Below, piece after piece: positions 23,183 to 37,939 of a stretch of DNA of 64,000 nucleotides. The stretch's first letter is position 1. Each line of letters starts with the position of its first letter. A model generated the notes under the pieces. The model ran no database searches. It was not told where the DNA came from and worked only from the letters and a program-made list of their open reading frames with translations. Source of the DNA: Piromyces finnis finn (taxonomy: Eukaryota; Fungi; Neocallimastigomycota); contig MCFH01000013.1 of assembly GCA_002104945.1 (NCBI GenBank), positions 434,001-498,000 on the forward strand, given 5' to 3'. The position numbers were made by a program, and so were the translations under genes.

Positions 23183-26100
23183 TTATGAAATCATAAATTT
23201 TATCAATAACAATAAAACATTAAAAAAAAAAAACAATATACATTTTAAAAAATAAATTAAATAACAAAAGATATAATTGATATAATATATAATTACATTG
23301 AATTTTTATTTTTTGACATTTTAATATCCTCTATAGTAATATATTATAATTTTTTTATTATTTTCTTCCGTATCATTATTATTAGTTTTTAATTAGCCTT
23401 TAGTCTTTTTTTTTTTTTTATGAAAATAATCTCATTAGAATTTTTAAACTTTTTGTTTATAATACAAATGAAAATTAAATTTGTATTTAACCAAAGTCAT
23501 ATTTTTATCTTTTAGTTCTTTTTTTTTTTTTATAGTTAACAAATTACCTTTTTTTTTCATAATTATTATCTATAACAAAATGTTTTGTATTTCTAGATTT
23601 ATTTTTTTAGTTATTTAATAAAATAGGAGTTTTGATGGCTTCATATCTATGTTAATGTCAAATGACGCTTTCCATCTTGTGCATGATGATGCCTTTATTA
23701 TATAATTTATAAACTATAATATTAGCTTTCACTTTTTATTGGTTCATAGAAAATTTTAAAATTTATTTATTTTTTCCAATTAATTTATTTTATTAATAAT
23801 TTTTCCCTTTGGGTATAAATCAAAAAATATATTAAGTAATATTAGTTGATTCTTATCCAATTATCTTTTAAGCTATTTTTATAAACATTTTTTCTTGGTA
23901 ATTTAGAATTTTTTTTATTCAAAAAAAAAAAAAAAAAAAAAACCTAAAATGATGTTATAATAAACAAATAAACAAAAAGATAAGAAATGATGAATAATAA
24001 AAAAAAGTCAATTTTATTAATTTTATTGCTTTCTTTTATTTGTTTTTGTATTTTTTTATTGATAAATGTATGGTTTGAATTGCTTATAATTTCTTCTTCT
24101 TAACTATTCTCCCAATTTATTTTACTACATAATAATGTAGCAATTTATTTATAAATTGAATTAATTAAATTTAAATGTATACAATTACATTTTGATAGTA
24201 ATTAAAAAGTTTTAACAAAATAAAAAAGTATTTTTTAAATAAAGGAAAACAGAATTTTTATATAATTTCTCTATATTTTTTTAAAATTTCTAAATACATG
24301 GCATTTCATATTTGTATACAACTTCTATGTGCGTTACTATTTATTTGTAATATTATTCTGTTATATACAATAATAAATAATAATAATATGCCATATCATT
24401 ATTGATATTAAAAAAAAAAAAAAAAAGCCTACTGCATTGACTGCATTAATATTTCTTGCCATATAATTAATATTATTAAGAATATATTTTATTAGGATTA
24501 TCTTTCCATTAAAAAAAATTCATTGATCTTTATGATAAAACGGATACTTTAATTATCATGTAGAATTACTAAAAGTTACTATTTCTTTCTTTACATTTAA
24601 TTTTTATAATTATTATTTAGTTAAACTACATTATATAATACTGTTTTATAATATTTTATAATATTTTATATTAGAATACCTTTAGTAAGATATAAAAGTT
24701 TTTTTTTTTATGGCCAAAATTTTTAATTGGCAGATTTTTTCTTATTCTTTAAATTTCTATTAGGCCAAATTTTAATAGAAAAAATAAAGTTTTTAATTAA
24801 TTAAAAATCACCACTTACAAAAAAATTTTTTTAAAAAAATTAATTAAAAAAAAAAAAGGTAAATTTAACCAGAAAAAAATTTTTTTAACAGAAAAAAGTT
24901 CTGTATAATTTAAAAAAAAAAAAATACAAACAAACCATAATTTTTGGTTTTTAAGAAAAGAAAAACAATTCTAGTTGTAATTTTAAATTATTATAGTTTT
25001 AAATTAATTCAAATATAAAGAAAAAAAGTTGAACTCTTTCAACTGCCTGCTATTAACCTAACCACAACCAGCCTTTTTTTTTATTTACGCTGTAGAATGT
25101 ACTATGTACTAAAATTCATTAAATATATTAATACAATAAATCTATTTACTCTATCATATATTATTTAATTGTAATACATTACATTATATTGTACAATAAT
25201 GAGAATAGCTAAATTAAAAAAAAAATATTAATTGCTAATAAAAAAGAAGACTTCGTGAAAAACGCCATTTTATTGGTATATAATAATAAAACTTTTCAGA
25301 GTGATGATGATGAACGAATGAATGATAGTGAATAAATGAATTATGAATGAATGAGTGATGAAGGATAATGATTCTTGTTATTATTTCTTTTTGTTTTAAT
25401 CCTATGTGCTTTATATTTGAAAAAGGTCACGCCTTACCATGTAGCATGCTTTTTTTTTTTATTTATTAAAAAAAAAAGTTCATAGTAATTAATAATTTTT
25501 AATAGAAGATGGATCCAATAAATTTTTTAATATATCAATGAATGATTAAATAAATCAATGAATGAAAAATAAAGAAGATTAATTAAATAAATGAATGAAT
25601 GGTTAAATAATAAAATAAATAACTTAATGAAAGTGGTCATATTTAAATATAAAATAAACATATGATTTATTCTATTTAATGTTATGAAAAAAAAAAAAGT
25701 AAATTTTCTATGAAGTTGTGGTTTAAGCAAAGGAAGAGTTTATTGATAAATTTAAATAAAAGAAAGAACGAAGGAAATAGGAATAAGCCTAATTACTATT
25801 AAACAACCATCAGCGTAAAAGTAATTAGAAACATCTAAAGCATAGAAAAATAGGAATAGAATTTATTTTCTTACCACAAATTTTTACTTATGAACTTTAT
25901 GATTTTTCCTATATATATAATCCTATTTAGTATATATATTGTATTTAATTTATATTGTATAATTTATTTTAATATATGTTTTATATATAATATCATTAAT
26001 TTTATTTTCTATTTTATTCTCAAAAAAAAAAACTAGTTTGAAAATCCTAATTCATATAATTAATATATTATGGAGTCTATTTTAATATATTATATAATTG

Positions 26101-26901
26101 AAAGTTTTCTATTCACATTGATTTCATCATGAATAAACAAAAGTTTTCAATGAGTTTATATCATTGCATATATTTGTAATCTATTTGTAATATATTGATA
26201 TTTGATATTTATAATATATAAATTTTAAATTTAATTTAATTACCGTAGTATATCAAATTATTAGGAAAAACATCAAATTAATTCATCATTATCATATATT
26301 ATAATATATGAAGAATAGTATTCAATGTTATTTGTTGACAGAATATAATAGATTGATTTATTTAGATTAATAAATTCATTCATTTAATTAATTTTAAAAA
26401 ATATAAAAAGAACAACATTTGGCTAGTTTTAAAATTTTTATATATTAACTCTCGGTTAAAGTAAAAAAAAAAAAAAAAAAACTTTTTTAAAGAAAAAGAT
26501 ATCTTTTTAGGCAGAAAGCTTTAGTAATTTTATTAGTAAAAGAAGAAAAAAAATTCATCATGAATTGTAATATTAAATATCAAAATAAAATAGAAAAAAG
26601 TCAACCTGAAGCCATAAAAGATAGAAAAAATAATGAATAATTTTTTTTACAATATTAAATTGAAAAAAACACGCCAATTATTATAATTTTTTAAAGTGAA
26701 AAATATCAAGATAAAAATAACTATTATAATATTTTAATATTAAAAGCATTTTCAATACAAAAAATTGTTTATATTTTTAAGAGTAAAAAATAACTTTTTA
26801 AATACTTAATTTTAAATAATACAATAAAAAAAAAAGGCAAAAAAAAATCTTTTTTATATAAATAGTATATTAAATAACTTTAAATAAATTAAAAACCAAA
26901 A

Positions 26902-27474
26902 ATGAACGTTGATTTAAATTGGTGCCCTTGTGGAAAACAATTTCACGGAGAAGGAATGTATTGCTCCAATGCTTGCTACTTGAAAGACTTAACTTCCAAT
27001 AATCTTAAAAAGGATTTCTTCTATTCAGATAATATCTACCAAAAGAATTTCTCTAAATATATGAATATTACTACTACTGCCGCTTATGTTAAAGTTCCTG
27101 ATGTTAAAAATATGATTCTTTCTGCTTCTAATAATTTAGCTTTTAAAAATCGTAAAAAGCATCAATCTAATTATTATTACAATGGAAATTATAATCACAG
27201 TCACGGTCATAGTTATAATGTTCAAAATTATACCAGTAATTTAGCAAGTTCTTATGAAAGTAATACAAGTACAATTGATGATTATTTTAAGAAACAAACT
27301 TTTACCAAAGTGGAAGATATTCCAAAACAAAATGAAACTCTTTTAAAATCAAAAATTGATGAAAATGTCAAGGAAAAAACTGAAACTAAAAGTTATAATA
27401 GTCGTTCAAGTTATAAAATAGAAGCAGTTTATCCTGTTCAAAACTTTACCAGAAATACCATTGCAGTATATTAA
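26902..27474 (+). CDS. Ecl1-family (extender of chronological lifespan) zinc-binding protein, 190 aa, intronless
   Basis: N-terminal MNVDLNWCPCGKQFHGEGMYCSNACYLKD fits the Ecl1/2/3 pattern C..C....YCS..C...D, followed by a low-complexity tail. Confidence 0.7.
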   Translation: MNVDLNWCPCGKQFHGEGMYCSNACYLKDLTSNNLKKDFFYSDNIYQKNFSKYMNITTTAAYVKVPDVKNMILSASNNLAFKNRKKHQSNYYYNGNYNHSHGHSYNVQNYTSNLASSYESNTSTIDDYFKKQTFTKVEDIPKQNETLLKSKIDENVKEKTETKSYNSRSSYKIEAVYPVQNFTRNTIAVY

Positions 27475-27787
27475 AAAAAAAAAGGCAAGATGAATTCTAT
27501 TATGCAGTAATCTATTAGAAATAATTAAAGGGAAATGAAGAGAACTAGAAAAAAAAAACTAAATATATTTTCAAACATTACTAATATATTGGTTTTTAAA
27601 GCAAAAAAAAAAAAATTTTTTTTATTATTTATTTTTTTACAATATTTTTAATAATTAATTTTTATTTTTTATTTTAACACAAATGCAAATTCATAATTAA
27701 TAAATAAATAAATATAATATAAAAAAAATTGTTTAAATATTAAAAATTTACCAAATTGTTGTATATTTTATAAATTTGAAAGAAGTG

Positions 27788-27827
<40 letters not shown>

Positions 27828-28731
27828 ATTCCTATAGCGTACAAAAATCTCATGTTTTTATATAATACAAAAAAAAATAAATAATTTATTTTAAACCTAT
27901 GATATTATTATATGGAAGATCCATCAAATTTATCAATATAAATTTACATTTCAAAATTTCAAAATGAAATATAAATGTAATTAGGATCATTATTTTTGAT
28001 GGTTACTTAAAAAAAAAAAATTAATCTTTAAAAACTTTTACAAACAGAAATAAAAAAAAAAAAAAAAAAATACATTATAATAAATGGTTTTTTCTTACTT
28101 TTAATGAAAAAGTACTATAATACATTTTAACCTTTTTTTTTTTATATATTTATTTATTTTATTTATTTATACTTTTAGGATTTATTACTTGAAGATTTAA
28201 TTTGGATTTTAATTGATATATTTTAATTATTTTAATTATTTTATTTTATTTTAATTATTTTTTTTTTTTTATATACTTTTTTCTTATATTAAAATAAAAA
28301 ATAAATAAAAAAAAAAAAAAAGGGAGAGTAAAAAACTATTTTATAAAAAAAATCAATATAAAAGTTTTTTTTTTTTTTGTTCTATAAAATTTTTCTTTTA
28401 AAAAAAAAAAAAAAGAGATGAACCTATATTGAATTTTATTATACATAGTTTAAATTATATAGTATATTATTGCTATTTTTTTTTTGTTTTGTTTTGGTTA
28501 ATGTTAATCTATTTTTTAAAATTAAATAATGATAAAAATAGTTTAATATTTATGAAATAAATAAAAAGATTTGCTTTTTTTTTTTTTTTTTTTTTTGTAA
28601 GTTTTACTCTATCATAAATTATTTACCAGAAATTGTTATTATTAAATTGCTGCTTTTTATATATATTATTATTATTACTATTAATTAAATGGTTGTTAAA
28701 TTAGATTGAAAAAAAAAAAAAAAAAAAAAAC

Positions 28732-30183
28732 TTAATGTCTAAATTGTAAAATATTATTTTCTAAATTTTTTCTTTCTCTACCAAGAAAAGAAGTCTTTTC
28801 ATTATTTCTACTCATATCAATGTTAGTTTGAGTAGCACGAATAGACATACGGTACCAGGCGTAGGACATTAATTTTAATTCACGTTCATAAATTTCCTTT
28901 TGTGATTTCATTTCATTTTCCATAACAATAATTTCATGTTCGTAACTTTCTTTAATTTTCTATTAAAATGAAATGGGAAAAAAAAAAAAAAAAAAAAAAA
29001 ACAATAATTAAAATAAATATTAATCATATAAATATAAAATAGTAAAGTTATACATTAATATATATAAATATTATTCATTATTAAATGTATTATTTCTTAA
29101 GGGTTGGTAAATATAATTGCATAAAAAAAAAACTTACAGCTTCTTCAGCCTTTTGTCTCTTGAATTTGGTATCTAAATTGGTAATATACTATAAAATAAA
29201 ATTATTAAAAAAAAAAAAAAATTAAATAATTTATTATTAATATATCTATTATTACGTATGACGTTATATATTTCTATAGATAGATAGATATTCTTTCTTC
29301 TTTACTACTTACTTGTCTAGCAATATTTAATGTTTTTTGTAATTCAGTAACCTTTTCATTAGAAACATAATATTTAGAAGAAATACTAGCTAATTTTGAA
29401 CTCATATCATTCTTATCACCTTCGTTTATGGAACGTAAAGTATTGTTTAAGTTCCTATAAAATAAAATTATTTTTATTAAGACATAGATGTTATTTTGTC
29501 ATTAAATATATAAATAAATACAGTATAAAATTTTAAATTTTAAATTGTTTTAATGAGTAAATTGTTTGTTTAACCCGCTACATACTTATTTATACTCTTT
29601 TGATTTTCATTTTGTTCTTTAAGATCATTTTCAGATGCCTTTAACTTTTCAATTTCTTCCTTTAATCTTTTAATTTCATCTTTTTGAGAATTATTTTCGG
29701 CTTCAACATTCTTCATTTTAGCAACAAGATCCTTATTTTCATTTTGTAAATCAAAGAATGCACCAGAAGTGGTTATATCACCACCAGCTCTTTCAATTTC
29801 AATTGCATTTTCATAATTTTTTAACTTGTTATTTAACTTGTTAATTTCATCAATATATTCATTAATAATCTTTCTGCTATTAATTCCTATGCTTTTTTTT
29901 TAAAAAAAAATAATAATAACAATAATTTTATATCATTAAATAGAGTTACATACATATATAATATTTACATGAAGATAATAATAAAAAAAAATATTATTCA
30001 TATTAATAAATTATTCAACGTTATGATGTTGGATTACTTTTTAAATTTAATTCTATATTTTATTTACCTATCCCCATTTATGTTTTGGTTTAATTCACCT
30101 TTAAGCTTTAAGTTTTCTTGATAAACCTTCATATAATCCTAAAATATTGGTTTTATTAATAAATATATATATATATATATATA

Positions 30184-30223
<40 letters not shown>

Positions 30224-31303
30224 ACATTCTATAAATTTGATTAACAAATAATAGTATTATTATTATTAAATGGACAGGTACATTTTCAAATTTTTCCTTC
30301 AAGTCAGTAATATTCTTAATTCTTTCTTGAGTTTCGGATACATTATTGCTTAATTTGATTTGTTCTTCTAATTCAGCAATCTTCATTTTTCTTTTTTTTT
30401 TTTTTTTTGTTTTGTTTTTTGTTTTGTTTATTTGTTGGATTTTAAATTAATAATAATAAATACACATGTCATTGAGAATAATCTAAACTAAAAACTTGCT
30501 ATATTATCAATATATTTTAAATATTAAAATAGAAAATACTTACAATTCAATTTCTTTACTATCACTGATTTGAGATGCAAGATTGATATCATCTATTTGG
30601 AATTAATAATTTTTATTGAAAATAAAAAATAAAAATAAAAAAAAGAGATGAATTAATAAAAAAAAAAAAAAAGGTTTAAAAAAATATAATAATATAATTA
30701 ATTCATTACCAGTATTTAAATCAACATTTGAAAGTTTTTCTTGAAGTTCTTGAATTAAATCGATACTATTAGCATTTTGTTCTTCTAATTCTTGAATCTT
30801 CTTTTCATTTTCAAGGATATCACGTTGAACAAGTTGAAGTTTATTTGATAAATCATTATTTCTTGCTTCTAAATTAATAATTTTTTCCTTATAATCTTTA
30901 GCTAATTGTTTTAAATTATTGAATTTAATGTGTTCTTCTTCTAAAGCTTGAAGATTTTCAGATTGTTCTCTACTTTCTTTTTGTAAATCCTACGGTAATA
31001 ATAAATATAATGATTTTTTATATTGATAATTTTGAAAAGCAAAGTATGAGTTATATTTTTTTTTCTTTTATTTTTTATTATATTATCGAGTGTTTCAAAG
31101 TGATATTAATTGTTAAATTTTACCTTGAATTGCTTAAGTAAAACTTCATTATCTTCTAACTTACGCTTGTACTTAGCAACTACTTCTTCAGAAGCATTTA
31201 AACGAATTTTCATATGATCAAATTCATCCATTTTATCCTTTAACATACCAGCTTCTTCGGCTTGTTGGGAAATTTCAATAATCTTATTTATTATTATTAA
31301 TTG

Positions 31304-31338
<35 letters not shown>

Positions 31339-32063
31339 TAACAAACGTTTCAAACTAAATAAAATGCTTTATGATTATTTTATTATTACTCTCTTTTCCA
31401 AACTATCAATAGTTTTTTGTTGTTGTTCATTTAATAATTCCATTTCTTGGCATTTATCTTCACTTAAACCTCTGTATAATAGAATAATATAAATAAAAAA
31501 ATAGATTAGTATATAAATAGATAAGAAAATAAATGAAATGTGTTAGTGATACTTAATAATTATAATTTAACACTTTATTATTTTAAATATTATTTTAATT
31601 CACTTACAATTGATTCTTTAAACTTGAAATTTCAGATTTTAAGATAGAATCAGTTTTGCCTAATTTATCAACTGCTTCTAATTGATCTTCAAAGTCTCTA
31701 ATTCTATCTTCTAAAATTTTCTTTTGTTCATTAATTCTTATCTATAAATTGAAATTATAAATTAATTAATCCCAGTTTATATATTTAATATATTTAATAA
31801 TATATCAATATTTGAAATCTGAATAAAGTAATAAGATTATTAAAAAAATAATATTAATTATTACATTTTCACGTTGAACAGATTCTAATTTTTTGGTAAG
31901 ATCTTTCTTCTTTTCATATAATTCATCTCTTTCAGCTTTTAATAATCTAATGGTAACTTCACTTTCATTTGGTTCATTGAAACTAATCATAATAGAATAT
32001 TATAAATTGAAAATATTAGATACACTATACTTTTTATTATAGTTATTATTATTATTATTATTA

Positions 32064-32102
<39 letters not shown>

Positions 32103-32999
32103 GAAGTATGTGTAAATGTTGTATATTATAATTACGTTTCATTAGTTTCATTGACTTTGGATAATTTATCCATAATCTAAACATATATATAATATATTAA
32201 TAAATAAATATTTTTTATGAATCAAAAAAAAAAAAAAAATTATATTTTATTTTTCTTACTTCTTCAATACTAATCATAATCCATTGTTGATTAGCTTGAC
32301 TTAAAGAAGTAATCTTAGAAATGTATTCTTTGTTCTTTTCAGATTGAACAGCTAATACTAGAATTAATTGAGCAAATTTGAGAATTTCAGTAGTATCTTT
32401 GTTCTTTGCAATCAAATTAAAATTTGGTGATTCAATTTCAATAATAGATTGTCCAAGTTCTTCGGCATAAAATCCTGAGACAATACCATATATTTTCTTT
32501 AAACGATTAAATATAACAACCCAATTTTCACTACTTTCATTTTCAACTGGTTGTGATTTAAACCAGGCTGGATTGCTTTAAAATAGAAAAATCAAATTAA
32601 TAATTATAATATATGTTTATATATATATGATAATATATATATTTTTATTAATAAAATTATAATTATAAATATCAAATGATGAATATATAAACATTAATTA
32701 ATAATAATATACTATTAGCTTTCATTTTATTATTCTTACATATCATTTAAAATTTCATTAAAAATAACACCATCATAAAGTTCTTCAATAGAATTAACCT
32801 TGTTTTTTAATTCAAAGGTATTTATCTATAGTTTATTTAAAAATTACAATATTTTTTTTATAAATTTTAAAATAAAAAAAATATAAAACATTAAAAGAAA
32901 ATATTCCTTTTTTTTATAATAATAGTGTAGTATATAATATATAGTATCTTCTAAACATACCCAGTTTATTATACTACTATCGAGGGTTTCGTTATTCAT
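28732..32999 (-). CDS. Hook-family dynein/kinesin cargo adaptor (Hok1/HookA-like); multi-exon
   Basis: ATG at 32999 (MNNETLDSSIINW). The Hook/CH-like domain reads IEELYDGVIFNEILNDINPAWF..NWVVIFNRLKKI..PNFNLIAK..EILKFAQLILVLAVQSEKNKEYISKITSL. A long coiled coil follows, then C-terminal ELKLMSYAWYRM..SFLGRER, typical of Hook proteins. Confidence 0.88.
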
Positions 33000-33162
33000 T
33001 TTGAAAAATTCCGCAATTATAAAAATAACTACTTTTAATTCCTTTTATTTATACTATAAGTAAATATGTAATGTATATAATATAAATATAATTTAGTTGT
33101 TATTACTAAAAAGAAAAGAAAAAAAAATAGAGAAAGAAAAAGGGCTAGAGAATGAAATGGAT

Positions 33163-33185
33163 TATTGTTGTTGTTGTTATTGTTG

Positions 33186-33276
<91 letters not shown>

Positions 33277-33277
33277 T
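33163..33277 (+). repeat. (GTT)n/(ATT)n microsatellite upstream of the Hook gene
   Basis: Direct reading of the sequence. Confidence 0.9.
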
Positions 33278-34215
33278 TATTTCGGTACTAAATACTTGAA
33301 TGTAAATTAATTTCAAAAGTTTACTAATTTTTTTATTGATGTAAATTAAATCTGAAATATGTAGTCGATTTTTATTTCATTTTCCTCATATCCATTGGCA
33401 GTAATTAGAAAATACAGTTATATATAATCCTTTAACATTTTGTTATTTCATTATAATTCTCACATAATACTATAATTTAATCTTTTTTTTCTGGTAATTT
33501 AGTATAAATAATATTAACGAAATATAATTTATTCTGTATACCCTATATTCTATATAAAAAATTTATTTATTAATAATTTTTGCTGAAACAAAGAATTAAA
33601 TCGAAATACACCTATATGTGCAAATATGAATGTTTAATGATTTCTGTAGTAAAAAAAAAAATAAAATAAAAAGGGTAGTTTTTTTTTTATATATTTTGTT
33701 CAAGTTATGTTTTTCGAAAATATTATATTTTATTGTTCAAAAGAAATATCTTTTGTACTTTGTTCTTTAACTTTTGATAATGTATTATTTAAATAATAAT
33801 ATCAAAAAAAAAAATTATATTAAACTAAATTGTAAATTTATTATTCCAAAGATATTTTTTTTTCTTTACTACCAACAACAAATGTTAATTATTACTTTAA
33901 TAGTTTACCTTTTTTTTTTTTATTATTTTTTTTTTTAAATAAAGAAGAAAAGATAAATATATTATTAATATAAAAAAATATAGTATAGAAAACTTTTTTT
34001 TTATTAAAAAATATTTTTAATTTCTTCTTTGTTTTATTATTTTTATTTTAATTTTGTTTTATTTCTTCTTTATTTCTTTATTTTAATTTTAAATGTTTTG
34101 ATTTTATATTTCTAAAAACAATTCAAAAAATATATAAAACAAAAAATGAAATATTTATATATACTTAATAATTATTAAATTAAATGAATAAATAATTATA
34201 TAACTAAATAAAATT

Positions 34216-34507
<292 letters not shown>

Positions 34508-36203
34508 TAATATTAACGAATAATAATTAACGACCACATTTTAAAAAAATAATTAATTAAATTACTAATTAATTATTATTTTTATGTTTTAAATTATATA
34601 AAATATTTAAAGTATATTATTAACTGATTTTATAATATATTAGAATATAATTATCATCTATTATAATAAAGTTTAAATTAAATATTTGAATCATATTATA
34701 TATATTTAAAATTAATATTATTATATAATATAAAGCTTATAAAAGGGCAAGAAAGCAAGTAAAAAAAAAATATTAGACATAATATAAAAAGACTGTTATA
34801 AATAGTATTATTATCATAATTACAATAGCATAATATTAATTAGTATAAATTAGATTATTACTATATTTAATAGTAAATTCATAATATATAATTATTAAAA
34901 TAATATAAAACAAGCATTCTTTTTCTTGTTTAATAATAGTTTTATATATAATTAAGCACTTACTTTTCTAAAAAGGTTTTAATCTAAAAAAAAAATACAA
35001 TGAATAAATGAACAAATTTAATACCTAAAATGCTAATAATAATAATTGATAGCATTAAATGCTTTTTAGTTTTTATATTTAATATAAAGACATAAAATTA
35101 GTTAACCATAATAACTTTTATTAATAAGCACTTGCTTCTTTTTACTTTATATTTAGCAAGCAAAAGTTTTTATATTTTTCAATGATAAAATAAATTTTTT
35201 TAAAAAATAATTATTAAAAATTTAATTTGAAACAAACCAATTATAATTTTAACCAATAAAATTTCTAAATGGTTAAACTTTAATTATTATGTTTTTCTTA
35301 CATTTTGAAATTTTGGTTTTAACAATAATATTATTATTGAAATAAAAAGGGAAAAAAGTGTAAATGTCTATTTAAATTTTCATACCTTAGGATAACATAG
35401 ATGAGTTGATGTATATACTTATTTACACCTTTATTATATATATAAAATATATAATTTACACATTTCAACTGTCTTTTCTTTTTTTTTTTAAAATTATTTT
35501 CGTTTATAATTTATTTTTTATTTATTACTTTTATGACAATTTATACTATTTTATTTTTTTTTCTTTCTTTTCTAAATGATTAATAAAAATATTATACTTG
35601 CTGATGAATTAAATAATATAAATAAAATAATAAGTTTAATATTATTATTTTCTTTCTTCTTTTTAAAAAAAAAACATTTCATTATATCTCATGAAATAAT
35701 ATAGAAAAAAAAAATAAAAAATATATAAACATATATAAGATATTGATATAGATTATTCATAGTAATTATAGTAATACTTTTAATAATATGTAAAAAAATA
35801 AAAATAGATTTCTTTACATTTTCTTTTTCTTTTTTTTTATTGTATTATGTTGGCATTCATATTCTATTATTATGAATATAAAATTTTATAAATAAAAAAG
35901 AAGAGGATTGACATTTATTTATTTATTTAATAATATAATGATAAAAGTATACTGAAAATAAATATAAAGTAATATTTATAAAAAAAAGTTTTTTTTTTTC
36001 CATAAATTATATTTATAATGGTGTTTTAATATTTTTCTAGACTTATTATTGCTGTCAATAAAAGTGGTGTGTTTTTATATTAAAAATTATTATTAGCAAC
36101 TACAGTTTAAACCATAATCCTAAAATAATAATGATAATATTTATAATTTTTTTGTTTATATATATATATATATATAGTTATTGTTTGTTTGTTTGTTTTT
36201 AAC

Positions 36204-37939
36204 TTATGATTTTCTAATTCGAATGGTTCGTGTACTAATGGTGGGAGTAATATGACTACTATAACTATTTACTTTTTTATGGGTTTTATGGTGGGTGGAA
36301 GGATGAGAAGAATGAAAGTTTTTATCACTATTTTTGATTTCTATAGGAGGTACATGTAAATCTTTTGATTTGACTACAAGTCCACTTTTTACAGATTGTT
36401 GAGGTTTCCGATGAGATTTTGCAATTTTATTATTATTTAGAATATAAGATTTCGCTGCATCAAAATCAGAAGAAGGATGATATATATATTTTGAAAGAGG
36501 AGGAAGTTGCGTATTTCGTGGTGAGGAAGAGGGTGAAAATGCTGATTTAATATTAGAATCATCACTTTCAAGATAATTCCAATGGATGATGTTTAATACA
36601 ATGTTTTTTTCGATGGATTCTCGAAACCTCACATAAATATCTTTAATATTTTCAATAATCCATGAAGAATACCATATTTTTAAACCAAGAATCCATATCC
36701 ATACCCAGGAAACAGGTCCTACTACACAAAACTTTCGTGAATATCTATTGATGAGTTCAGATATAAAAGAAAATAGTATATTGTTGTTGGTATCGAAATC
36801 TAGAGAAGTTCCATTATCATCCGGTGAAATGGAAAGATGATTTGCAGAATTAGACTTGTAGGAATTGATGATCTCTCGTTGTTTTTGACTCTCTGAATTA
36901 TTTTTAAACCACTGAAGAAAGTCTTTATCACTATTATCTGATCCTGCCAAGATATTTTCACAGAAATTAATAAGGGTATACCTCCATGAAAATACATAAT
37001 CAATGAGTTTGAACCCCCAAACATCACCAGTAAAATAGTAGCAAAGGACGTGGAACAAGTAAAAAAAGATGATTTTTTTCTTCCAAAATGGTTTATAAAG
37101 GAGAATAACAACTACAATACCATGAGTTATCAGATCTAACCATACTTTAAAAAAATCCCATATGTAACTGAAAATAAAACCCATGATAATAATTATCATT
37201 TGATATATAGTTGTAGGGTGATAATAAAATGCTACTAGATCTTTTGTTGTTTCTTTTATTGATGAAAAAAACCAATCATATGATTTTACAAATGCAGGAA
37301 GTGACCCTTCAATGACTAATTTACATGATAGTCCATTAATAGATAATAAAAGAATAAATAATATATTGGTAATTAAAGTGGCTGTTTTTGGTTTATTATT
37401 ATATAATTATATGTAATCAATGGGGATTATTTGAATTAATTTTATTGGGAGCAATTTAAAGATAGATTTAATATTGCAATGTATTGTGTTGTTTTGAAAT
37501 ATAATTTTAACAGATTTATTAGAAAAAATGTATATTGTAATTATATATTGTAGAAAAAGGATATTGTTTTAATATAAATATAGGAGTATATTGTCAAATA
37601 AATGGTTTTTAGTTTAAATAAAAATAGTTTGGTATAAATATAAAATAATAATTAAAAACAAAAGAAATTAATAAATTACAATAAATTATCAATTTTATTA
37701 TGTAATATCTATATTTAATAAATAATTAAATTAGCAAAATAATTACTTGAATTGACTAAATAGTATATCCACGATGAATTTTTACAATAGTTTTGCCATG
37801 TATATGTTGAGGAACGTAGTATATAATTTGAATTTTGTTTTTTATTTATTCCATCATCCAAACCACTAAGTTTTTTATTTTTATTATTGTTGTTATTAAT
37901 GTTATTAACTTTCTGATATCTTTTTTTATATTTATTCAT
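36204..37939 (-). CDS. Uncharacterised multi-pass membrane protein, ~456 aa; exons 37939-37747 and 37381-36204
   Basis: The frame of ORF 36204..37199 stays open upstream to an AG acceptor at 37383/37382. A phase-1 GT donor at 37746 joins ORF 37715..37939. There are several hydrophobic, Trp-rich segments and a Ser/His/Lys-rich tail. Confidence 0.6.

Noticed and set aside
23620-25380. Box C-like RTGATGA motifs (near 23682 and 25301) as possible snoRNAs
   Set aside because: No suitably placed CTGA box D or terminal stem was seen; the second lies in a TGAA-rich low-complexity patch.
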